Below, one piece after another: positions 12,168 through 25,100 of a stretch of 64,000 nt of DNA; position 1 is the first letter of the stretch, and each line of letters opens with the position of its first letter. The stretch is taken from contig OX597825.1 of the NCBI GenBank assembly GCA_951406725.2, positions 41,850,001 to 41,914,000 of the forward strand, read 5' to 3'. The position numbers and the translations under genes were made by a program. Below the pieces are notes generated by a model. The model was not told the origin of the DNA and searched no databases. It saw only the letters and a program-made list of their open reading frames with translations. The stretch is from Octopus vulgaris (lineage: Eukaryota).

Positions 12168-14046
12168 GGTGCTATGTGTTTTCGTCTGCCATCACTTCAT
12201 CAAATGTCCTTTTGTTCACGCCTTTTGCTCCGATGTATTTTTGTATGATAATTTTTTTGTCTGACTTTTTGTCGAATATAAATAAACTCTTTCAAAAACA
12301 AGGTGAAATATCTCTGATAAATTCACAGAACTATACCGAGCCTCATTATAGGATTGTCCTTGTCATTCTTTTTCCTTCTCAGTTAACAGTTTTACTTTCT
12401 ATTTTCCCTCTCTCTCTTAAGTATGGTGCTGTTTATAGAGAGTGCTGCAAACTTAGTGTACACATTTTTAATTTACCCATCCCAAAATGACAAAATCCGT
12501 AGTATTGACCAAAAAACAAAAGGAAAGTAGTTGATGAAAGTAATTACATCTACGATTTTCATTCAAGCAATACAAAACTAAGAAAAGAATACTGGATATG
12601 TGAGAAAACAAGGCTATGTTCAGTGCAAAATCACACAGTAATGGAAAACATAGCAGCAAGTTTGTGTAGTATAATAGCAGCTAACAGGAAGTACTCGCTC
12701 TCAACTTCCTCCTTTGCCTGTACTTTCAAGGACTATTCAAAGATGCTGACAAAAGAATTCTGGATTTCCCACTAATCCAGGGGCTAGAACTGGTTTTGAA
12801 ATACCCAAAGAATGTTGTAAAGTTGATAATAGTGAACGGTTTCTGAGATATGATTCGGATACCGAGGATCAACAGTGCATACTAGTATTTGTATCAGAAA
12901 GTGCTCTTCAGGATATAGCATCATATCACCATTGGGCATGTGATGGAATGTTAAAAATTGTGCCAGAACAGTAGTTTCAACTGTTTAGCATTCATGTACA
13001 AGTTAAAGGTAGCAGTTTTCCATGGGTCTTTACATTACTGCCGAATAAAACAAAGCAGACATGTGAATTATTTTTTGAGCAATTGAAAATTATGCAACCT
13101 AATGCATATCCACTTGATCTCATGGCAGATTTCGAAGTTGCAGTTCATAAGGATATTTAATTCATCATTCCTTAATTCATATATAGTGGCATGTTTGTTT
13201 CATTTGAGCCAATCAGTATTTTGAAAAATTACAGATTTAGGCCTCAAAGAAAAATACAATAAAGACTCTGAATTCTCTCTTAAAATTCAATGTTTTTCAG
13301 CATTAGCCTCCCTACCGTTGAAGATGCTGAAGATGCCTATGGAGAATTAATAGACAATGAAGAAATACCTGCTGAATTTATCACTTACTTCAACTTGATT
13401 TACATAGGCATTGTGAGAAGACGTAGTGCTAGACGAAGGAGAGAACCATCTACATTCCCGATAGCTGAATGGAATGTTAATCAGTGTATTCTTCAAGATC
13501 TTCCCAGAAGAAATAATGCTGTGGAAAAGTTTCATTCTGTGATAAAGTATTTGGTGGGTGAAGCACAATTGAATATTTGGAAATTAATCAAAACTCTGAA
13601 GGAAGAGGAAGGATTCATTTAAAGTAAAATGACAAATTCTTCAAAGAGATCCATCAAATTCATATACACAATATCGAAGAATAACTAAACACCTAAATTG
13701 GTTATTGAATATGGGTCAACAAGAAAAATTGATTTTTTGAAGAGTGTGGCGTATAATTTGCATCAATTTTAAGTGATCATAATAAATCCTTAGTTATATC
13801 TTATTACTTTTTTAAAATGACTTTTTTTTTAAATACATTTTACCACAGTATTTTACTCAAAACCTATCAATAAAATTCTCAACGGTTATTTGATTTTGAT
13901 GTTCACCTTGTCTTCTAAAGAGTTTATTTAAAATTGGACAAAAAGTCATTGGACAAAAAAAATCATCAGACAAAAAGACGTCGGACCAAAAGACGTGGAC
14001 AACGTGGTGTTAGACAAAGTGACAGTGGATGAAAAGTCTGGTCATG
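12168..14046 (+). mobile_element. Mutator-like (MULE) DNA transposon with about 110-bp sub-repeated TIRs, nested in the LINE
   Basis: TIRs 12168-12280 and 13930-14046 with ggacaaaa sub-repeats; probable 9-bp TSD ggcatgtat (12159-12167) / agcatatat (14047-14055). Confidence 0.8.
12487..13770 (+). pseudogene. MULE transposase pseudogene
   Basis: HWACDGMLKIVPEQ*FQLFSIHV..FPWVFTLLPNKTKQ..MADFEVAVHK..ACLFHLSQ and WNV..PRRNNAVEKFH motifs; stops and frameshifts. Confidence 0.88.
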
Positions 14047-14055
14047 AGCATATAT

Positions 14056-15100
14056 AACATGATAATGCTAAGTCGTGTAGCAACTTCTCAAACCCGCAAA
14101 GATTCTGCCATTTTGCACTGTTTCGTTTGCAAGATTTGCTGAACACTTAAGAACATAATTAATATCTCTGTATTTTTGTGTTTCCTTAAATGTACAATTT
14201 GAAGGAGTGGCAACTCATCCATCATTGATTTAACCTGATCATGGTTCTTTTCTTTACATGAAAGAAAATTACTGGAAAACTTTCTAATTCTTCCAAATTT
14301 TTCTTTTAAAAAGTGTATTGAAACCATTTGTGGGGAATTTTTTTTATCACAGCTGTATCATACTTCTAATGTTTTTGTTCATGACCTCAGGATCAATGTG
14401 GTGTAACATTAATTTCGGTAAAAGTTTTTCTTGTATTTTTGTAGCGAATTGATCCTTTGGCAATGCATCAAGGGCATTGTCTGACTTTGTCTACAAGGAA
14501 ATTTACAAGAATGGTTCCATTTTGATGTTGCTTTGTCTTTAGCATTGTATTTTGTATTTAAGACTTTGACTTATTTCTTTCGTCATGTTGTCAGAATCAT
14601 TCGTAGATTATATCGATAAAGATGACATTAGTTTACTAGATGGTTTCTCCCTTTCAGTCATAGTTTTGGCATAATTTGTTTTGTTTTTAATTGCATCTGA
14701 TACAACCTCATTCATTTGATTCATTTGCATCTTTAACTTCAAAATCTGACATGAACTATTCTTCTTTCAGCGTTTTTTCTAATAATATATATTAGTGATA
14801 GAAGCAGTATTACCACAGTAAAGTTTGTACTAACAGAACATCCACATTTAAGTAGGAATAAATATTTTCTAGCATTTGGACTTTTTCAACGAAAGTTGTC
14901 ATGTGACCAAAATGAGTTTGTTTTTTTCCCCTCACTGCTTTTTCTGTTATTGCACATATCTTGTTGCTGTCTATCTGCACCTTGAAGTTCCCCTCCTCAT
15001 GAGGGGTTAGCTCACACAAGATGTCAAGACTAGAATATAAAACATCATTTCTCATATGGGGATTTTTGATCTCATGACACAGATTTTTTAATGCAGTATT
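14056..15100 (-). mobile_element. Probable 5' portion (ORF1 and start of ORF2) of the LINE at 9350-12158
   Basis: Same strand, immediately beyond the MULE TSD; QNLCGFEKLLHDLALS resembles an APE N-terminus; upstream K/N-rich coding-like relics. Confidence 0.5.
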
Positions 15101-16369
15101 CATAGAAAGATAAAGCCATTTTTATTACATTGAGCACCACAATGTAATGCTTAGAGTTAAGCGCTGCAATGCAAAGGATATGCCCATTGTTGATGCAGTA
15201 TTTTTTTCAAGAGATATATTCCAGTATTAGTGATGGGATTGAAATCATGAACTCTTTGGCTAGTAGGATAGCAATTATTTCTAGGGCAACTTTTACAATG
15301 TTTCTCTTGAAAAATTATACTTATTTAAAAAAATTTAGCAGTTTGCATGAGAAGTTAAGAAAAGAAAAAATATATATATAAAGATGTCTTTCAAAATCAG
15401 GATATTTCATAAAATTAGATACAGGAAATTATCAAAGCAATGATATTAAGTGGATATAAATTAGAAGATGAAAAATCTTACAATATTTTATCAAATATAT
15501 TGGCAACTTAGATTTTTTCTTCCAGTTATTTTCCATCACTTAGAACTATTTTCATCAAAAGATTAACATCCTTATTTCCTAATATTAATTTAATTTTGAA
15601 TAATTTTTGTTTCAAGACTAATCCAAAAGAGTATATGCCTGGAAGGTAACATTAACTCAACTAATTAGAAAGAAATTAGCATTTCTTCAAATTATGAAGG
15701 AACTTCAATAATGAAAGCTTTATAATTTGTTTAGATTTCAAATCTAATAGTTTCAACATCTTTAAATGCTGGTATCTGTGGAACTTAGGATCAATTTCCT
15801 TGAATTTCATATTTATGGCAATATTCAAAATACTTTTCAAGTTGAAGTAAACAAACTACATTTTTCATAACAAATAATTTTATCCAGAATTACTAATAGT
15901 TTGTTAATCATCAGCAACGTGGTTGTTAAAGCACGGAGTTAAGAAAACTTGTTAGTCTGCATTAGAAACATGTACTGTCATTTAAATTTGCCCAGTTTCA
16001 TTGATCTGGTCCAATATTCTAATGCCAAATATCACATTTATTTCACTAAAGCTATAGCATTTGTAATATTTCTAATATTTTTATTAATAATTGGCAGAAG
16101 TTACTGAGTAACTCAACGGCTGAGAGTTTCAGGTTTTGGCACTTAACAAACTTTTTGCAAGTGAAAGGGTCATAAGTTTACATAACAATGATAATGGCAC
16201 TTCCAGATTGTTCTGAAACAAATTATAATGACAATTACAACGTCACATAGATGATGCAAAATGTTCAGATACTTAGCCTGTAATGCCTTTTCCACAAATA
16301 AGTAGAGAAATAAATAAAGAATACATAAATAAGGAAAAGTTAAGGGTATAAGCACATTTGTGCATGTAA

Positions 16370-16690
16370 AAAGGCGGTAAATTCGCCACTATAGAAGCAA
16401 GGTTCGAGTCAACGGAGCGTGCAAGGGAGTACTCGACTCGAACCTTGCAAAGTGGAAATATTTTATTCTTACCTTTATATCTGGGACGTAGGACGTCCCG
16501 GATAAAAATTAAAAACGTCCCCCCAGAAGTAGAGGTTGGCTGGATTGTAGCCACACTTCTATACAAGAGGGAGGACAAGATACAATTGATCGAACTTGCA
16601 AGGGACGGGCCTACAATTCCAGTCTGCTTTATATTTTGAGTATTGTTATCACTAGTGATATCAAGATATAACTTTGTATTTTGTATTTTA
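16370..16690. other. CpG-rich, multi-hairpin interspersed element of unknown class
   Basis: Perfect 14-bp inverted repeat 16397-16410/16435-16448 closed by ccact/agtgg; gggacgt/acgtccc hairpin 16483-16499; many intact CpGs. Confidence 0.55.
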
Positions 16691-16756
16691 TGTGTAGATG
16701 TATATATATAGATGTACATGTAATATGTACACATATATATACACATATATACATGC

Positions 16757-16797
16757 ACTAGCACTATGACCCGGCAATGACGGGTCATAATGCTAGT
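16757..16797. mobile_element. 41-bp palindromic mini-element with Helitron-like CTAG termini on both strands
   Basis: actagcactatgacccg-gcaatga-cgggtcataatgctagt; 17-bp arms with one mismatch. Confidence 0.6.
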
Positions 16798-17144
16798 ATA
16801 TTATAAATGTAAAGCATAGTATGTTATACATGTATGTATATTGTTATAATTATCTCTTTAAAAAAATAAATAGACATAATATAATGTCTAAAAGTTGATG
16901 AATACCACCACTTGATCTCCTCCATTTTCTTATTGCTGAACAAATTAAGGGTAAAATAACATTTTACTCTCACCCATTTGTTACACTCAGTAATATAATT
17001 GCTATGCAATGAAAAAATACTAGCGTATTAATAATTGGGTATTCTACCAGCAGTATAGAGGATAGATATTATCCCTTAGTTGGTTGGATTCACAACCTCT
17101 AACTCTCTTGGAATATGTACATATGTATATATATATATATATAT

Positions 17145-17900
17145 CGTAAGAACGTTCTTCCTACAGACCTAGTGCCCCTAGCAAGCTCTCTGTAGAGTAT
17201 ATCTGTGGGGATTCTGCCATCTTCCATGTGGCTAACATGACCAAGCCATCTCATACGTCTTTGTGTGAGGAGTGCAAGCATGCTTGGTATTCCTGCTTGC
17301 TTGAGGACATCTTTGTTGGGGACATGATTCTGTCATTTGATGCCAAGGGTTTTCTGGAGGCAGCGCAGGTAAAAGATATTTAGGTGACGCTCTTGGCATG
17401 TGTATGGCGTCGAAGTCTCACTTCCATACAGTAGAGTACTAAGTACACATGCCTGATAAATCTTCATTTTTGTGGTCTTAGCTTATTTTTGTCCCATGCC
17501 CATTTGGAGAGTTGGGCCATCACAGCAGCTGCCTTGCCAATGCGTATATTAAACTCAGCATCAAGGGATAGGTTGTAGGTGACGATAGAGCCAAGATAGG
17601 TAAACTTCTCAACCTTCTGTAGTCTGTGGTCTCCAGTGTGTATGTTTGGGATGTCCGATGTAGCCTGAACCATGATGTTGGTCTTCTTGAGGCTGATAGC
17701 TAAGCCAAAGTCGCTACATGCTTGTTCAAAACAGTTGATGAGCCTTTGCAGGGCTTCTTCTGACAAGGACCACTTGATTAGGACGCTTCTGAGTTTGGTC
17801 TTGTGCAGAAACACTCCATCAACTGATGTCTCAAAGGCATGTGGCAGCAACAGCGAAAAGAAGAAGCCAAATAATGTAGGAGCAAGGACACAACCTTGAT
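17145..17900 (-). mobile_element. RTE-clade LINE RT and C-terminal fragment
   Basis: QGCVLAPTLF, SEEALQRLINCFEQACSDFGLAISLKKT, FTYLGS, RRMRWLGHVSHMEDGRIPTDILY. Confidence 0.92.
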
Positions 17901-18065
17901 TTACCTTTGCTACATTTGCGGTGCCTGCTAGAGGGGGTGTTTGTCCAGGATAGGACTACACAGCCACAGCAGGATATGTATTAGGACATGAAATGTAAAA
18001 GCTGGACTAGATTATTTCATGTGCATCTCCATTGTCTCCCAAGACAAAAAGGATGCCAACAACAA

Positions 18066-18087
18066 TATATATATATATATGTGTATG

Positions 18088-18169
<82 letters not shown>
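18066..18169. repeat. (TA)n(TG)n compound microsatellite
   Basis: Direct inspection. Confidence 0.97.
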
Positions 18170-18171
<2 letters not shown>

Positions 18172-18249
18172 ATATGATTCTTATCGCATTGTTTTAATTT
18201 GTTCATTTTACTCGTTTTGCTGGCCTTTGATTTAATTGATATCCATCAA

Positions 18250-19100
18250 CAGACCAGAACCACGCCATTGTTTTTAAATAAGAGCTGACCAATTGGGTTG
18301 TAGGACTGACCATGACCCCACTACACATAGGGCTAAAAAGTAACGAACACTAACATCACACCTTAGTCTCACCTAGTTTTCTCTCATTGATACACTCATG
18401 TAAAAAATTCCCCATGATGGGTTCATTATAAGTTATTTATGCCAAACCCTCTGCAATGCTACACCTACTAACTGGCATTTTGCATATAACCTTTTACCCC
18501 TGTATAATATGGACCATATCATCAAACCCACCACTAAAGTTCTATGGAAACACAATGTAAACTACTGTCTGAAATTATCCCACCAGCAAAAATTCTTCCT
18601 GAAAGTGCCTTTATTCACCTAGTCACCACTGGATGAAATACCATGGACTTTATAAATAATTTATGGGAAGTCTGTACCTTATTTCCCCTTGCTATGCCCA
18701 CCAAAACATTGTACTATGCTGTTTTTCACTTGTATTCTTGCTTTTGCTCTTATTCTTATTCTACTCTATTTAAAAGGATAAGCAGACCTTATCTATTCTT
18801 AAATGACTGTTATATGTGTTAGCCCCACCAACTACTTAGACCCTCTGAAGAAGCCTAGGCACACATCCATTATCCAAGCCTTGTCTGTTCATCCCTGCAT
18901 AACATTGAAATGATAGAGATAATCTGTAAGATTTTGTTGCCTCTTGGCAAAAACAGTCGTAAGTAACTAGTAGCTGCACACCCATTTATATTTTTGCTCA
19001 TTTGTTTCTATATACTTGTATGTATTCGCCCCCTTGTCTATGCAGTTACCAATTTTTTTTCCACTCATCAATCTGTATCACTCAATGTATGTGAGTGTAT
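18250..19100 (+). mobile_element. Degenerate Penelope-like 3' region with a decayed hammerhead motif at about 18841-18965
   Basis: ct-CTGAAGA-agcc..(long insert)..ggca-AAAAC-agtc-GTA-ag; outer boundaries uncertain. Confidence 0.4.
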
Positions 19101-19399
19101 TCATCCAATACAAATGAATAAACGGACATACTTGAATGTTTACTGGCTGATGCCTTTTGATTTCAAACTGTCCAACCCATGTCAGCATAGACAACAGATG
19201 TTAAATGATGATGAGGAAAATGATGATACATATATAATGATGATACAACGGATGTTAAATGATGATGATGATAATGATGATACATATATGTATATGTATG
19301 TGTACATATATGTGTATAAATATATGTATTTATTTGTATGTGTGTATTCATGCACATACTGTATTTATATATACTGGGACTTTAATTTATGTGTGCATA

Positions 19400-20960
19400 G
19401 ATCATCATCATCATTTAACATAGAAAAACTACCCTACGTTACTCTTTCTATTTTGGCAGGGTTTTATGGCTGAATGCAGAGTGGATTCAATGCTTTTTAC
19501 ATGGCACTAGCACAGGCAAGGTTAGTTTTGGCATGATTCTTACAGCTGGATGCCCTTCCAAGCACCAACCACTTTACAGTGTGGACTGGATGCTTTTTAC
19601 ATGGCACCAGCACTGGCAGGGTCACTACAAAACTCACAAGACAAGGAATTATGAGAGAGGGAGGGGCATTTGAAGAGGGGAACTCGTGTCAGTAGATGAA
19701 AGTTTAGAGGGTGACAAAAAGACAGAAAGGCAGAAACAGGTTTCTTGTTATAATAGCGGGGACATTGGAGGTGGTGATCCAGTATTGGATGATGAAAGGT
19801 TAGAATGTGACAGAGAAATAGGGAGGCAGAAATAGTTGTCTTGTTATAAAAGAGGTATGTGGTCAGTGGTTACCCAGTGAGAGAGAGAAAAACCAAGAAT
19901 AAGGGAAGAAATAGGTGTGCTACTGTAGAAGAGATACATGGCTACTCAGCCAGAAGGAAGAGCAAGGGAAAGAGAGAGAGAGAGAAAGAGAGAGTATGAA
20001 ACAGCAAAAGTGTAGGAGAGAGCTGGAGAGAGATGGTAAAGTGCCAGGATATACTCACAAGTAACAATGGTCAGAGCATAGATGTGATGGCAGAGTAAAG
20101 AAAAGAGAGGTATGAAGGTCATAATATCTGCGGTCAGGTGTTGCCAAGAAGGCACAAGTAGGGAGTGGGGATTGCAGTGATTGAGGAACACCTGGGTAGA
20201 GGGCAGTGACAGCAAGAAAGGGGATTGGAAGACAATCATAGTTAATGAAGAAGAAATGTGTGGAAGAGAAAATTGCTGTTTAGAAGAGATGTAGTTTGGT
20301 TTCTTGGAGTAGGGAGTGTGAAAAGTTTGCTTTAATATATGGGTAGGACACAACTCTTCAAGCAAGTCTTCTCTAGACCCGCATATTGCCAAACATCTTA
20401 ATTGTCATTTCCTGTGTGAACCCCAACATCCTAAGGTCAGTCCTCACCACTTCATCTCATGTCTTCCTGGGTTTCCCTCTTCCACAGGTACCATCCACTT
20501 TCAGTAACAGGCACTTCTTTATACAGTTTTTTTTCACACATGCACATCACATGTCCAAACCAACGCATTCTCCTCTCCAGCATGCCACATTTAATCCCTC
20601 TTATACCTAACTTTTCTTCAACACAATTGTGCTTTGTCATTCATGCACACTGATCTTGCAAATGCAATAGAGTATACTACCTTTTACTCGAGGAGAGAGT
20701 CCTCTTGCTGCCAACAGAGGTAGTAACTCTCTGCACTTGCTCCATGCTATTCTTATTCTAGAAAAAAATACTTTCAGAGCATCCACCACCTTTACTAATT
20801 TGGTCACCTAAATAGCAGAAACTATCTACTAACTCAAGAGAGCCTCCTGGGCATTTGAGAAAGTTTATTGTTCCAGTGCATCTGTCACACACGAAAGTGA
20901 CCTTAACAGTTAGCCAGCCTATGATTTCACTGCATCCTTTATACATCAATAGCTTACCCT
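19400..20960 (-). mobile_element. RTE-clade LINE 3' half (ORF2 C-terminus, 3' UTR, ATG-repeat tail)
   Basis: FVCDRC..LELVDSFCYLGDQISKGGGCSESI; LGIRGIKC..RRMRWFGHVM; 3' UTR motif ggctggatgcccttcc..ccaaccac; (CAT)n at the left end. Confidence 0.85.
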
Positions 20961-21659
20961 TTAAATTTTCCTTATTTATTTATTTATTTATTGAATGGCA
21001 TAACAGGCAAACTATCTAAAAAATATGTATTATCCACATGACATTGCAATTGTTGTTGTAATTTCTATAACCCCTTTATTTGCAACCAGTTTGATAAGTG
21101 CTGATGCACAAAACACTTGACCCATGAGTTACTCTGTAATTTCTGCTGATTATCAATAAAATAGGGATATGTACTCACGAGCAGTCAATGGCCATCAAAC
21201 AAATTATCCTGGGCAAGATCTGAAAATGCATCTAATGACAAGGCGCTTTACCTTGAGGAAAGTGGAGCTACTTCTTAATTTGTCATTGCTCCCAGGTCTC
21301 CCCTTGTCTGGAGCAGTAGCCCCTGTTAGATCTAGGAGGACAACTCCGAACATAAATCCATTCAGAACAGGGAAGTCCTTTAGCTACAAACAGGTGTATT
21401 CCCTAGGTGATGATAACATCAATCTAAAATCAACACTTTGGCACTTCCCTAGACTCAGAGTCTGTGACATAATGTTGCAGTGCTGTATGGAGCCAGTCAT
21501 CTTGGTTTACTCCATGCCATTGGTTAACTCCATGCAGTGCCAAGTTAGTGGGCCATGGACTGTGCAACCATTTCTCTGCTATAAACTTCCCAGCACAATC
21601 GTTGCTTACATTGTCTGTGGTTATGTTTCGAAGTCCTGTGGCAATGAGTGTTGAATGGC

Positions 21660-22095
21660 AGGGTCTATCCCTGCAGGATGTGGAAATCCCCAGAGTTATG
21701 CATGGTGCCAACTGCTGGACTGACCATCACTTAGTCTATGCTTGCGAATTTCTCCTCCCATTCATAAGCAAAAGCTGAAACAGAAACTAAATGCTGGAAC
21801 CCTGCAGTCCTGTGAAGCCCACCAGAAACTGGCAGTAACACTGGAACAAAAGTTTGCCAAACTCCCTGATGCTGAGACTGGACCACTCTAGCAACCACTA
21901 TCACTAATACTGCCAAGGATATGCTTCTGAACAGATGTCATCGAGACTAGTTTGATGACAACTCGATAGAAATCCACTCACTCCTACATGAGAAGAATGC
22001 TGCTCACAACAGACATCTCTGTCAACCAACAGCAGCCAACCAGAGACTTTGGGCAAGCCTCCACTATGAGGTCCAGCAAAACCTTAGTAATGACT
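21660..22095 (+). mobile_element. RTE LINE endonuclease C-terminus and linker fragment
   Basis: LQDVEIPRVMHGANCWTDHHLV matches the RTE APE terminal TDH motif. Confidence 0.7.
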
Positions 22096-22119
22096 TCTGG
22101 TAATGACTTCTCTTGAAAC

Positions 22120-22985
22120 TGTACAAAATTTGGCACCCTGATGTTTTCAAGTACCTGCAGAACAAGTGTTTAGTCCCCCAAGAACATTAATGCCAACATG
22201 TTTGTTACATTAGGGGATGATGCTTCAGTTTTATTAACAGTACAAAAGTGGGCAGCTGAATTTAAGAGGGGAAGGGAGAATCTTGAAGATGACTCAAGGT
22301 CTGAATGTCCTGCAGCTGCCATCTCCAAGGAAAACCTTGACTGTGTTCACCACATACTGATAGATACCAGGTGATTGACCATAAATCAAAAAGCCAATAC
22401 TATTAGCATATCCTGTGAGAGAGTTGAGAATATTTTGTGCAATGAACTTGGCATGACAAAGGTTTCTCCTTGGTGGCTGCCAGGTCTTCTGTCATCTTCC
22501 TTGAACATTTCCTAAGCCAGGCTGAGTGTTGGGTTCACCACTTTGAACCAGGATTAAAAAGATAATCCATGCAATGGAAACACTCCTCCTCATCTGCTCC
22601 AAAGAAGGCTAAGGTATGATAGTTTCATTTGGAGGTACAGTGATGGTCTCAGTTTTTTAGGATGCAAAAGGCATTTTGTTTATTAAGAATCTTCAAAAGG
22701 GCCACACTATTAATGGAGAGTACTACACCAACTTGCTGAATGAGTTACGAAGAGTTAGCAAAACCAAATGCTCTGGAAAGCTTAAGAAAGTCTTTGGTTT
22801 CAATGGCTGCTATATGTGACTGTTGCGTTAAACTGGCTGATCAGTCTCCCTATTCTCCTGATTTGGACCCATCTGACTATCATTTGTTCCCAACATGAAA
22901 ACCAGTTGGCTTGGAATCAGTATTGCAGTGATGATGTCACATATGTTGTTGATGACTTTGTTTGCACAACAGGATGAAAGCAACT
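22120..22985 (+). mobile_element. Mariner (DD34D) transposase relic
   Basis: VQKWAAEFKRGRENLEDDSRS, WWLPGLL (WVPHEL-like), SMQWKH..APKKAK and PYSPDLDPSDYHLF at about 22848-22890. Confidence 0.9.
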
Positions 22986-22989
22986 GACA

Positions 22990-23720
22990 AAACTACCAAT
23001 ACCAAGCAGGTTCTCAAAACTTAGCACACAATGGTTATCCACCATCTATAGCTAAATAATTACATCTACGAAACATGAAAGTTGGTAAACCACACGAGAA
23101 GGTCTATAACCCCAAGTTGGAAAAGTGCATACTTAAACTGCCCTACTTCAAGGACAGAACAACTGCAGCTATGCAACATGCAATCTGCAGAGAGGGACTC
23201 AACACACAGATGGTACGCAATAACCCTTCCCTGAGGAAAGTTCTGTTGAGGAAAAATACCACAGATAGCATTGTGGGGTGCACACTGACCAATTTCCCCC
23301 TCAACAACATCAAAACACGCTTGTGGGCTTATGTGGTATATGAAGTAGTCTGCAGTAAATGTGTCTCATCCTACATAGGGAGTACCACTAGGAAATTGCA
23401 TATCCATATAAAAGATACCTCAATAAAGAAACACCTAAAGAAGTACCAAACCCTGAATTTTTAAGTTTTCTTTGGAACAGCCAAATGCAACAAGGGCAAT
23501 TTCAGAATTATGGAGGCCCTCCTCATCAACAAATTGAAACCAGCTATTAGCAACAGGAAGGAAGTACATGAAGCAGACTGGTTGCTGTAGCAACACCAGT
23601 ATGCACATACCACCTTCTTCCTTCCTCCTTTCTACCCCACACATCTAAGCAACAACTTTTTCCGACTACCACGTTTTCCAAATGTCCTGAAGAAGAGGTC
23701 ATAATACCAAAATATTGAAA
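22990..23720 (+). mobile_element. Penelope-like retroelement 3' part: GIY-YIG endonuclease plus decayed hammerhead
   Basis: LKLPYF..VVYEVVCSKCVSSYIGSTTRKL (ORF 23075-23464), then RIMEALLINKLKPAISNRKE; tgtc-CTGAAGA-aga-ggt/acc-AAAA-tatt-gaaa at 23683-23720. Confidence 0.88.
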
Positions 23721-23721
23721 T

Positions 23722-24570
23722 ACAAAGAGGTCAAATTGTTGGTGCTTGTATGGCAGGCGCTAGCATAACAAAAGTAGCCAAAATGTTTAGTCTATCAAGA
23801 AGTACTGTCTCGAAAGTAATGACAGCCTTTGAGAAAGAGGGAAAAACCTCCTCATTGAAACAAAACTCCAGAAGAAAACCAAATAGGGTCCATCAGATTC
23901 TTACACCAATTGTTAGAAAGGATCACAAAAGTACAGCTCCCAAAATTACTGCAGAGCTTCATGATCACCTTGAGAACCCAGTCTCCACAAAACTATTTGC
24001 TGGGAGCTACACAAAGCCAAATTTCATGGGAGGGCTGCAATCAGAAAACCACTACTTTCAAAAACAAACATTGGAATGCGTTTAGAATGGAGTAAAAACC
24101 TACAGAATTGGTCCCTAGAGCAGAATGTTATTTTCTCGGACAAGTCATCCTTTATCTTATATCCAACCACCATCTGAGTATAAATGTGGAGACAACCAAA
24201 AGAAGCATTTCTACTGTTAAACATGGAGGATGTTCTGTGATGATCTGGGGGGGCTATATCTTGGAAATCCATTGGCCAATGGTTTACCTTCATGGCAGAA
24301 TTAATAGTCATGACTATTTAAGCATTTTATCTGATTAAATTCATCCTATGGTTTCAGAACTGTTTCCAGAGGGAAACACAATAATGCACCAATTCACACA
24401 GCTTAAGTTGTTGCTGAATGACATGAGGAACATTCTAGTGAAGTTGAACATCGTATCTGACCACCACAGTCCCCAGATCTCAATATTATTGAACATTTAT
24501 GGTGTATTTTAGAAAAACAAGTAAGGAGTCGATATTCTCCACCATCATTACTACAAGAACTGAAAGCAGT
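23722..24570 (+). mobile_element. Tc1-family (DD34E) transposase relic
   Basis: QRGQIVGA.MAGASITKVAKMFSLSRSTVSKV (HTH), VIFSDKSSF, TVKHGGCSVMIWG, PPQSPDLNIIEHLW. Confidence 0.92.
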
Positions 24571-24904
24571 ATCTTTCATTCCAAATCTTACCTTACCTGG
24601 AAACATTTATGGTTTGGTAACAGGAAGGGCATCTGACTCTAAAAGTCTACCTTAAAATTCTGCCTGAGCCATATGAGCATTAAATCCAAAGAGTTTTTTT
24701 AAGAGTAGATAGATGTGCTTACTGTCTGAATGAGTGCAAAACTTAGAAAGGAATGAAGTAAGCAGTCTCTGTTAGATGTGTGATGTTAGCTGGAGCACAT
24801 GGGGGTAGAAACTGAAAAAAAAAACAAGCATAAGAGGAATCAGTTGAAAAAGAACCTAGTAAGAACATATGATGGGTATGAAAGCTAATATTTGGTTGGA
24901 GAGA

Positions 24905-25100
24905 AAGTGGTGAGCATTGGTTAAATGCTTAGCAGCGGTTTGTCCATCTTTACATTCTGAGTTCAAATTCTGCCAGGGTTGACTTTGCCTTTTGTTCTTT
25001 CGAGGTTGATAAAATAAATATGTCAAGCACTGGGGTCAGTGTAATCAACCTACCCTCTCCCCAAAAATCACTGGCCTGGTGCCAACATTTGAAATTAGTA
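24905..25100 (+). mobile_element. tRNA-derived SINE, Nin/Deu-like core
   Basis: gagttcaaattc B-box; gactttgcctttt..tttcgaggttgataaaataa core; shared tail. Confidence 0.8.

Noticed and set aside
15110-16130. AT-rich coding-like stretch, possibly a decayed transposase
   Set aside because: No assignable motif; needs a translated homology search.
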